A stretch of 64,000 nt of DNA from the human T2T-CHM13v2.0 reference genome, Homo sapiens: NCBI RefSeq assembly GCF_009914755.1, contig NC_060928.1; one strand, written 5' to 3'. The notes under the pieces were generated by a model. It saw nothing but the letters and a program-made list of their open reading frames with translations. It made no database searches and was not told where the DNA came from. Of this stretch, positions 53,974-64,000 are shown piece by piece (positions within the stretch are counted from its first letter, which is position 1; each line of letters opens with the position of its first letter). The translations under genes were made by a program, and so were the position numbers.

Positions 53974-54614
53974 GCTTCCTTGGAGAGTGATCAAAGAGCA
54001 GAACTAATTTCTATTCCTAATACCTTGCTGCAAGACTTGGAGAAAAACACTGGCATCTGTGCAGCCATTTTTTTTATGAACCTTGTGGAATCTTGACTTT
54101 ACAACCAGCACAGTCAGACACTTGCAGAGGATTCTACGAAGGCTGAATGGAGATTTGAGGACATTCATCTATCCCCACCTCCTCCACATAACCATTTGTG
54201 TTCCTTCAGTCCTTCAGTAAGTTTTCAGTGCTGGCTTCTTAACATTGTCACACAACTATCTCATGACACAAAAACTATGAACAGCAGACCAAGGCTAATA
54301 ACACCTCCTCCATCTCTTTGGGATTAGAATATCAGGGTTTTTGCATTGAAATGATTGGGCTTGCAACTTTCCATTGACAAACTCTAATTCGGTGATTGTT
54401 GTTAAAGAGTAAGCTTATGTTTTAAAAATGATTTTGATGACCATAGCTGCAATAAGGGGTACAGTGCTTTTTAAAACCATGAAACCATGACTGTAGGTGG
54501 CACTTGAAAAATACACTCTTTCAACATAAAAAAAGTTTATAAAAGTTATTAGGCAGCATCTTTGAGAGTTGTGTAACTTTACCTAGAAGACTGTCATAAT
54601 TATTTGAAGACCTA

Positions 54615-54795
54615 GGTATTCATAACTTGGATTAGAAACACCAGCCCTTCTGCAATTGACTAGTTGTGCATCTGACGCACTTCACTTACCCTCTCTGGGC
54701 TGCTGTTTCACAGAGCAGGAAACCCAAACAATGATATTTCTTTCTTTAAAGGGTGATGAGGAAACAGAAATTTGTGTCAGGGATGCTTTTGAAAT
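54615..54795 (+). mobile_element. MIR fragment
   Basis: CCAGCCCTTCTGCAATTGACTAGTTGTG...CACTTCACTTACCCTCTCTGGGCTGCTGTTTC. Confidence 0.55.
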
Positions 54796-56084
54796 TCAAC
54801 AAGTTGGAAATAAAAACACTTTTTATGCTTTCCAAAGCATCTTCAGGAGTCTTGTTTTCAATTGATAAAGAGGAAATACATTCTTCCTGTACTTGAGACT
54901 TTTATGAAGACCTGTTGTATATCCAGTCACTGATGTAACAAACTCATGGTGGAAAACGTTGGTTGCCAATGAAGCTAGAAGCTGCAAGAATGGCCTGAGA
55001 TCTAGAACCTCTGTCCTGAGATTCAGCCAAATATTGGGCACAGCAAGTTATAGAGCCAGGAAGTTCAACCCCACATTGCTAAAAGACCAGGTAGTGTCAC
55101 AGGGTAGAATCAGAGTGTCAGTGTTAATGTACTAGTTCATGAACAGGAATACAAAAGCAAATCTGATAATACAAGCAGAGAGATTGCTATTGAAGGTCTT
55201 CTTGTATATGTTACACAATCACAGGAGATGGTTTTATTAGAAGGTTCTTGAAGGGTAATTGCTTACCTGTCTGATCAAAAGAGAGCATCAAAATCTTGAT
55301 TTCCATCTTGAGGTAGATTTCATCCTGTCCAGTTATATCTCTACTTTTATTACAGATAATAATATTTAGATAGGTATGTTAACTTGAAGCATTGTACAGA
55401 AAAAGCTTTGATGAGGGTGACTGAACTAATCTCTATGTTGAGAACTGTATACTGTTTATCCCACATACCCAGAACAAATCACATAAGGGGTTATCAACTG
55501 TTCTGATATCAAACTCTGCTTTCTCTTCACTAGCAAATTGGTGACAATGTTTAACTAGTATAAGCAACAATATTATCTCCCTTTTGTTCTGGTCTGTTCT
55601 ACAGTCCTTTGTGGGCATTTCAAGCCACTCTTGCTTTCTGCTTTCTGCTATGGGGCACCGCTTCTTATTTCAGTTCTTTTAGAATTAGTCCCTGAAGATC
55701 CTAGGCTTGAAGGGTTGACTCCTGGGTCTGTTGGATGCTGCAGCTCTTTGCCTCTTTAACCAGAGTGCACTGAGGTCATGTTCTCTGGGAACAGCTGGAA
55801 TCTTTCAATAGAAACACAATTTTCTCTGAGCTTAGAGACATTAAAATAGGGCAATGCAAAATCGTTTTCTATAGTAGAATTATTTACCTCTGGATGCTGG
55901 CCAGTTGACAGTACCACACCATTCTCTATGCAGCACTACTGAATTCTCTCCCTATACTCAGATACATGAGTGTTATAGCTCAATTATGTGTTACATTATA
56001 GCTCCAGTACACAATTCCCTTCCTAATGAATCCCCTCTCTTTTCTTTTTTCCTCACCTTTCTCTCTTTCTATTATTTCCTTTAA

Positions 56085-56390
56085 CCCTCACTAAGCAGTT
56101 AGTATACTCTCAACACTGTACTAAGTACTGTACACACAAAGATAAAATAACCATATCTTTTAGATCCCATCCTAGGCTCACAATTTAGTGAAGGAGATAG
56201 TTAGGTAGACAGAAAAACTAAGTAAGAGTGTGGTAAGTGCAAAATGAGCAGTCTGTAAAAACTACCATGAAGACAATTAATACTGTGTGGGCAATCAAGA
56301 CCTTTCACAGAGAAGGTGTTATATATGAACTGAATCTTTATGGGAGAGACAGAAGATGTTAGGTAGACTAAGAACAAAATTATAAGGGTA
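56085..56390 (-). mobile_element. L2 fragment
   Basis: CACTGTACTAAGTACTG...GGCTCACAATTTAGTGAAGGAGATAG...CTTTCACAGAGAAGGTG. Confidence 0.65.
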
Positions 56391-57164
56391 TATGAGTATG
56401 TGATAGGCTAGCCATTGGTCTTTCAGGTCCGAGAGCTACCATTAATCATGGTTATCGCACATGATAGTATATTGTGTGTAGTAGTCATACCTATGCCCTG
56501 TCAAAAGCCACCTGAATACCTTCTTTGAGTTTTCTTACCTTCAGGGTACTCATCCCCAATTTTTACATCACTTTCTCATATAATGATTTGATTCCCTCCC
56601 TCATTCCTCAAATCCCACGAGTGCACATATGTTCTCATCCTGGCCTCTGTGGAAATGTTCAAGTTTGCCACCAGCCTTTGTCTTCGAATGTGTGGGAAGC
56701 CAAGAGAAGACTATTTCCATTCACTAGAACTTCTTCTAAAGTCTTCTGATAGATGTTGACGGATCCTATGCCATCAGCAGGTCAGTGTAATCCATTGTAC
56801 CAGAGTAGATGGATAGATGATGGGCTCTTCCTAGATAAAACTGTGGAAAGCAGAGAGGATTTACCCTGTAAAACTGCTGCATTTTGCTTGCTGCTACAAA
56901 AGTCTCTCTAGCTCTCCCTCTCTAAAATGTTTTCAGGTACTTAAGTTTATAATGCAGAAAGTGCTACCACCACTAAGGGTCTCTGTAGTTCGTCATAATT
57001 GTGGTTCTTAAATCAGTTTTTAAAGTTCTTTTTATTCAAAATAGAATATAGCATCTCCTCCCACCTGAAGGGCACAATTAAATATCTCCTTTTTGGTCTT
57101 GGAAGAAATTCAAGCAAGCATCATTTGGCAACATGCCTTAGGTCATTATAAACTTTACTACAGC

Positions 57165-57720
57165 AACTAATTCAACGTAACTCAACAAATATTTGAAGGT
57201 CTATTTTGTGGGTAAGCATTGTGCTAGGCTATGAGGAAAGGGAGGAATGTAAAAATGAATAAGCCATAGTCCCTGACTGCAAGGAGCTAACAACCCAATG
57301 GTGAAAATAGATATTCACACAGCAAACTATATTACAGACACATAAGGAGATTCCTATGGGAAACAAGAAGGCAGAAACATCACTTTTATTTAGTAGATAT
57401 GTATAGGCATCAACAAGATTACACCACTTGAACTGAGCATATTACCAGAAGACCAATACTTACATTGAAACCCCAAGAGCCTGTGGCTATACCTACCTGA
57501 AAAAAGGATTTGAGCCCCAACTTCACCAGCTTATTGTGTATCCTTATACAAATTGTTCAACCTCTTCATGTCTTAGTTTTGCACTTAGTTTTGCTTTATT
57601 TTGTCTCTATGCCTTTAATGTGAAATAATAACATTAATCTCACAGGTTGTTGAAATAATTAAGTAAGATATAGGAAAAAATGCTTTGTCAACTCTAGAGG
57701 ACTCTACAATTTTTAGTTGT
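57165..57720. mobile_element. Antisense L2 (~57165-57440) and sense MIR (~57500-57720)
   Basis: CAACAAATATTTG...GCATTGTGCTAGG...CATAGTCCCTGACTGCAAGGAGCT, then CTCACAGGTTGTTGAAATAATTAAGTAAGATA. Confidence 0.65.
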
Positions 57721-58856
57721 TATGATTTTTTTTTTTTTTTGGTTAATCTCCATGGATGAAATAAGAAACATAATCTTATAGGATACTATAAACAACATAT
57801 TTAGTTAAAAGGTATAATTCATTAGAACTACAGTTCTGATCTGGGTCAATGCCTTCCCCATGACCCATCCAATAGTAGAACAATGGTTAAGCCTGGGTAG
57901 TCCAGTTCCTGGTTGTTTTAGTACTGTGATATGAATGCAATATTCTGTATTCCTAGGATTTTCATTTTTTCTGAGGCTAGCTGTACTGTTCAGAAGGCAA
58001 TAGTGTGGAAGGACAAATTATATCTTGGTACTAGATATGTTTATTTTATGTAGCATCTTCCAGAGCTTAACAAAGTGCTCCACAGTGACTGTGAACTGAA
58101 ACGCCATGTTCCTAATTGCTAATTGAGACACCCAGGCTGGTCTCTGTCTACTTCTCATTCCACTGGATAACTCAGAGTGCTTTTTATTCTCTCCATGATA
58201 ACCATCAAAAATAAAGACCTTTGATTTTGTTGAATATTTGTGACTCTGAATTGCACACGTTATTGAAGCTTGCTTCCCTTTCAAAGCAAGGCTATGGTTT
58301 TGCTGTGGAATCTCAATTATCTCCTCTTGCTATAGAACAGATATGTCAGGTAACATTTCATTTCTCCTCACCACCTCTCAGACAAATGAAGAACCGGCAT
58401 AGCAGGAAGGAATATCAAACTCATTAATGGGATTTGAGGGTCACCAATTGAAATACTGCTTAAATCAGCTGGAGGATGAAGAGGGCGAATTATAAGATGC
58501 AAGAAGACATGCTGACAAGAGTCCTATCTTCATGAAAATGGATGATTCTGTAGGTTTCTGAACACATGGACATTCATCTTATATTTTCCTGAGGCTATTG
58601 GCAAGTGACTCTGGCTGAAAAGTTTAAAACAAAGGTGAATAATCATTCTGGTTCAGTAAAACCTCTGCATCAACTTTTCCTGATCTCTTCGAAAGAATCA
58701 CTTTGTGAAAATACAAACTATCACAGTTTTCTTGCATCTTGGACCATTGAAGATTTGGCATAAGGCAGAAGGGCCTCTGACCTCAGCAAATTGTTTCTAC
58801 CTGTGGACACTTGGCCTGTGTTTCATTTCTATTGCTCTAGGCTTTAAGAATGCAAG

Positions 58857-61520
58857 TGTGTTAGTCCACTCCCATGCTGCTAATAAAGACAGACCCAAGA
58901 CTGAGTAATTTATAAAGGAAAGAGGTTTAATTGACTCACTGTTCTGCACGGCTGGGGAGGCCTCAGGAAACTTAAAATCATGTCCTTCTTCACATGGTGG
59001 CAGGAAGGAGAAGTGCTAAGCAAAAGGTGGGAAAGACCCTTATAAAACCATCAGCCCTTGTGAGAACTCACTAACTATCACAAGAACAGCAGCATGGGGG
59101 TAACAGCCCCATGACCTCCCACTGGGTCCCTCCCATGACACATGGGGATTATGGGAACTACAATTCAAAATGAGACTTTCGTGGGGACACTGAGCCAGAC
59201 TATATCGTTCTGCCTCTGGCGCCTCTCAAATCTCATGTCCTCATATTTCAGAACACAACCTTGCCCTTCCAACGGTCCCCTAAAGTCTTAACTCATTCCA
59301 GCATTAACTCAAAAGTCCAAGTCCAAAGTCTCATCTGAGACAAGGCGAGCCCCTTCTGTGCATGAGCCTGTAAAATCAAAAGCAAGTTAGTTATTTCCTA
59401 GATCAATGGGGGTGCAAGTATTGTGTAAATACATCTGTTCTTAATGGGAGAAATTGGCCAAAATGAAGGGGCTACAGGCCCCATGCAAGTCCAAAATCCA
59501 GTAGGACAGTCATTAAACCTTAAAGTTCCAAAATGATCTCCTTTGACTCCATGTCTCACATCCAGGTCACACTGATACAAGAGGGGGGCTCCCTTGGCCT
59601 TGGGCAGCTCTGCCCCTGTGGCTTTGCAGGGTACAGCTCCCCTCCTGGATGCTTTCACAGCCTGATGTTGAGTGTCTGCAGCTTTTCCAAGTGCACAATG
59701 CAAGCTATTGGTGGATTTACCATTCTGTAGTTTGAAGAACAGTGGCCCTCTTCTCACAGCTCCACTAGGCAGTGCCCCAGTGGGACTCTGTGTGAGGGCT
59801 CTGACCGTACAGTTCCCTTCTGCACTGCCATAGCAGAGGTTCTCCATGAGAGCTCTCTCCCTGCAGCAAACTTTTGCCTGGATACCCAGGCATTTCCATA
59901 CGTCCTCTAAAATGCAGGCAGAGATTCCCAAACCTCAGTTCTTGACTTTTGTGTACCTGCAGGCTCAACACCATGTGGAAGCTGCTAAGGCTTGGGGCTT
60001 GCACCTTCTGAAGCCATGGCCCGAGCTGTACCTTGGCCCCTTTTAGCCATGGCTGGAGCGGCTGGGATGCAAGGCACCAAGTCCCTAGGCTGCACACAGC
60101 AACAAGGCCCTGGGCATGGCCCAGGAAACCATTTTTTCCTCCTAGGCCTCCAGGCCTGTGATGGAAAGGGCTGCCACAAACAGCTCTGACATGCCAGGAG
60201 ACATTTTCCCCATTGTTCTGGGGAAACTTGTTACTTAGGTAAATTTCTGCAGCAGGCTTGAATTTCTCCCCAGAAAATGGGTTTTTCTTTACTATTACAT
60301 CATCAGGCTGCAAATTTTCCAAACTTTTATGCTGTGTTTCCTCTAGAATGCTTTGCCACTTAGAAATATTTTCTGCCAGATACTCTAAATTCTCTCTCTC
60401 AAGTTCAAAGTTCCACAGATCTCTAGGGCAGGGGCAAAATGCTGCCAGTCTCTTTGCTCAAGCATAACAAAAGTCAGCTTTGCTCCCATTCTCAAAAAGT
60501 TCCTCATCTCCATCTGAGACCATCTCTGTCTGGACTTTATTGTCCATATCACTATCAGAATTTTGATCAAAGCCAATCAACAAGTCTCTAGGAAGTTCCA
60601 AACTTTTCCACATCTTCCTGTCTTCTGAGCCCTCCAAGTATCTAGGAAGGTCCAAACTTTCTCACATTTTCCTATCATCTTCTGAACCCTCCAAGCTATT
60701 CCAACCTCTGCCTGTTACCCAGTTCCAAAGTTGCTTTCACATTTTTGAGTATCTTTATAGCAGCACCCCACTACCTGGTACCAATTTACTGTATTAGTCT
60801 GTTCTCCCACTGCTAATAAAGACACACCCAAGACTGGGTAATTTATAATGAAAAGAGGTTTAGTTGACTCACAGTTCCACATGGCTGGTGATACAGTTTG
60901 GCTGTGTCCCCATCCAAATCTCATCTTGAATTCCCACATGTTGTGAAAGGGACCTGGGGGGAGGTAATTGAATCATGGGGGCAAGTCTTTCCTGTGCTGT
61001 TCTCATGATAGTGAAAAGTCTCACGAGATCTGACAGTTTTAAAAATGGGAGTTTTTCTACACGAGCTCTCTATTTTTGCCTGCCACCATCCACGTAAGAT
61101 GCAACTTGCTCCTCCTTGCCTTCCTCCATGATTGTAAGGCTTCCCCAGCCATGTGGAACAGTGAGTTCTCCATTAAAACTCCTTCCTTTGTAAATTGCCC
61201 AGTCTCAGGTATGTGTTTATCAGCAGAGTGAAAATGGACTAATACAACTGGGGAAGCCTCAGGAAACTTACAATCATGGCAGAAAGGGAAGCAGACACAT
61301 CCTTCACATGGTGGCAGGAAAAGGAAGTACCAAGAAAAAGAGTGAAAAGCCCCTTATAAAGCCATCAGATCTTGTGAGAACTCACTTGCTATCAGCAGCA
61401 TGGGGTTTAACTGTCCCCTTGATTCAATTACCTTCCACTGAGTCTCTCCCATGATAGGTGGGATTATGGGAACTACAATTCAAGATGATATTTGGGTGGG
61501 GACACAGCCTAACCATATCA
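58857..61520 (-). mobile_element. Full-length THE1C/D element: LTR 58857-59207, internal 59208-60789, LTR 60790-61520 (interrupted)
   Basis: Two antisense THE1 LTRs flank THE1-int. The ORFs at 59398-60655 are decayed MaLR-internal translations. Host TSD GCAAG (58852-58856) / GCAAA (61521-61525). Confidence 0.95.
60889..61246 (+). mobile_element. THE1A/B solo LTR nested in the 5' LTR of the full-length THE1
   Basis: TGATACAGTTTGGCTGTG...GGACTAATACA. TSD GCTGG (60884-60888) / ACTGG (61247-61251). Host LTR resumes with GGAAGCCTCAGGAAAC. Confidence 0.93.
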
Positions 61521-62937
61521 GCAAATCAGTATTGTGAGAAGTTCCATCTTTCTGTATTCACCCTCAAGCATACCAGTCAACTGTAGCTTTTTCTCCACCC
61601 CAGAAGTGGATAGATAATTCCAGTGCAAAGAGATAATTTGGTGCCCTCCTGTGTCTCAACGTGAGATTCTCTCTCTTGACCTCACAACCTCTTCTATGCC
61701 TATGGGAAAGGGTGTAATGCAATATATCCTTGGAGGGCTTCTTGGTTGCTTGCATGTTACCCACATTTTTAGGGCAGGAATCCACCATGCCCTCAATATT
61801 GTGTAATTCTCAGAGGAGCAAGAGTAAAAAGACAAAGACAGACCTGTTCATATTTTCTTTGTAGAAAGAGCTAAACATAACAAAAACAAGTATAAAATTT
61901 CAGTCCCAGTACCATCCCTTACAACTCTTTGTTCTTAGAAAAGCCATTTATCCTCTTTGGACCTGCAGAGATTTTTTATGGAACAAGAGCCTGGGGCTAG
62001 ATGATCTCTAAGGGTCTCCTCAGATTCTATCACCCAATGATTCTGAAATACCAGGGAAGGAAAAAAAGTTTCCAGATGACTTTTACACTTCAACACTTGG
62101 TAAAATGGCTTTTTAGCATTTTGGCAACTCAATTTGCTTTAAGAATTTAGAAAGAAGTTGCAGTAAAATGCCCACTTAAATCATGCATGGTATGTAAGTA
62201 AGTATGTGTGTAACCTAAATAAAATTTCTCATTGCACCTGCACTTTAGCAAGATGGGATGGCAGCTTGAGAAGTCATCAAGAGAAATCATTCTAATTTCC
62301 TTGTTTGACAAGGATGAAGAACATATAACTTTCTTTTTGCGGTGCTTACTGCTTGATAAACGGTGACCAGTAGATTACGAACTAATAAATGAATCGGAAA
62401 AGAAAAGGAACATCTGTCTTAACTCTTTTCATGCATATGTAGAGAAAGCAACTATTTTTATGACAATAAAGAACAAGAAAACCATCACCTATGACTTAAA
62501 TTATTCTCTTTTTTATTACCCTGACCCCTAACTCAACAGTACAGCCATAGTGAATCTTACCATTAGAGACTCATTCATCCCACTGGGTAGCAGTTGAGTA
62601 TCCCCAGGGTTCTTCTTTATGTAAGCAGTTGTCTGGGGAAAATAACACTTTGTGGCTGGTAGCAGAGGCTAAGTAAAGGATTGCTGAATAAATAAGGGGA
62701 TATATCAAGTTATTGTTAGTCATGAGCACTTTTGCAAGAATCAATTTGGAGAAGAATAGCAGATAAGTCCCAAGGAGAGAGAAACAAAGTGAGAAGAGAC
62801 TGGCAGAAGCAAGGGTATAGGGGTGTTATTGCTGGTGGTAATAACCCACTAGAACATGAAACTGAATTTGAGGCAAAGAGTTCTATTTGGAATATTAAAA
62901 TAAGGACATTAATTAGGCAGGAGAATGTTCTTTGACT

Positions 62938-63142
62938 TTAGACCTATGCTGCACAATAGAGTAGCCATTAATCACATGTGGCTATTGAGCAATTAAAATA
63001 TGGCTAGTCCAAATTGAGATGTGGTCTTACAAAACACACTAAAGACTTTTGCAAAAAGACCTAGTGCAAAATAAAAAGATGATTTTAAAGATTAGTGCAA
63101 AAAATGCATATAAAACTCTCATCATATTTTTATATTGTAATT
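62938..63142. mobile_element. MER3/MER33-like hAT MITE
   Basis: CAATAGAGTAGCCATTAATCACATGTGGCTATTGAGCA...TGGCTAGTCCAAATTGAGATGTG. Confidence 0.75.
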
Positions 63143-63154
63143 TTTTAGACCAGA

Positions 63155-63540
63155 GAAACGGTAGCTTTGAACATGATGTAGCAATGATGAGAAGTGGTTG
63201 GATTCTGAGTATATTTTGAAGTTTCCACCCACAGGGTTTACTGATGGATTGAATGTGGGGTATGAGAGGTAGGAGTCAAGGATGACTCTAAGGGTACATT
63301 TGCCGTTAATTGGGATGAGGGAGTGTGCAGGAGGAGATATGAAGAAAGTCAGGCTTAAAGATGTTTAATGATTCACCCAAGGTCACACTGGTAATTCAGA
63401 GAGAAATGGAATTAATTGACCTGTTAGGAAACTCAGAGATCTGCTGGTCTTTCTTATTTTACAGATGAAAAATTTGGAGTCTAGTGAAAAGAAGTGACTT
63501 GCTCAAAATCACACAGCACATGAAGAACAGAGCCTCTATG
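63155..63540 (-). mobile_element. L2 fragment (~63155-63340) and MIR fragments (~63340-63540)
   Basis: GAGAAGTGGTTGGATTCTGAGTATATTTTGAAG...GGAGTCAAGGATGACTCTAAGG, then TTTTACAGATGAAAA...GAAGTGACTTGCTCAAAATCACACAGC. Confidence 0.75.
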
Positions 63541-63575
63541 ATGAATTTCTTGACAGGTAGGCTAGAAATCCTATA

Positions 63576-63586
63576 TTTTGTTTTTT

Positions 63587-63620
<34 letters not shown>
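63576..63620. repeat. Poly-T tract
   Basis: About 31 uninterrupted T preceded by TTTTGTTTTTTGAG. Confidence 0.95.
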
Positions 63621-63622
<2 letters not shown>

Positions 63623-64000
63623 CACTACACTGTATCTGTGAAAGTTAAAATGAAACCATGTTTAGCTATGTCTCTAGATGCATTAAGGAAAGAAGAATCA
63701 CTAGTGACACTTTAGGGGTGAGTCTTCACAACTCTCAGGTAAAGCATATTCTAGAACATTGAATGTTCGTACTAATTAGATAACTCTAAGTAGATAGATA
63801 ACTAGCTAATTAGTACTAACATTTAATGTCAGCACTAGTTAGAACTAATGTTAGTACTAATACTAACTAATTAATACTAATGTTAGTACTAATTAGATAA
63901 CTACCCTACTTGAATTTGGAATAAACTATTTCCTCTTTAACATTAATTTAATGTCATGATGAGTAATGATAACTATCCCTTAATGAGAAAAAGTTTTTAT

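Noticed and set aside
59398-60655. 177-aa and 185-aa ORFs
   Set aside because: They are broken reading frames of the THE1 internal region with frameshifts, not an intact gene.
63576-63620. Poly-T as the tail of a retrocopy
   Set aside because: The adjacent sequence shows no recognisable element or ORF, and I could not identify a TSD.

Overview
Primate (human-like) AT-rich non-coding DNA, either intergenic or a large intron. A large part is recognisable transposon debris. This includes 10 Alus (J, S and Y types), many MIR and L2 fragments, one internally deleted old primate L1 (about 13.1-16.4 kb), L1MC/L1ME fragments, MaLR elements (THE1, MST, MLT1, including a full-length THE1 at 58.9-61.5 kb), MLT2/LTR33 ERVL LTRs, a solo LTR10 (ERV1) and hAT MITEs (MER5, MER3, MER113). 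I cannot support any protein-coding gene, RNA gene or CRISPR array. The ORF track is explained by Alu, L1 and THE1 sequence or by chance. I do not see a new biological system. The best second-look items are a 280-bp local duplication 4.8 kb apart, the ORF1-to-ORF2-end L1 fusion, an antisense THE1-in-THE1 nest with fold-back potential, an AP-1-bearing LTR10, several fold-back or template-switch scars, and a few candidate enhancers and micro-exons. Repeat subfamily names come from my recall of consensus sequences, not from a RepeatMasker run. Boundaries of old elements are approximate.
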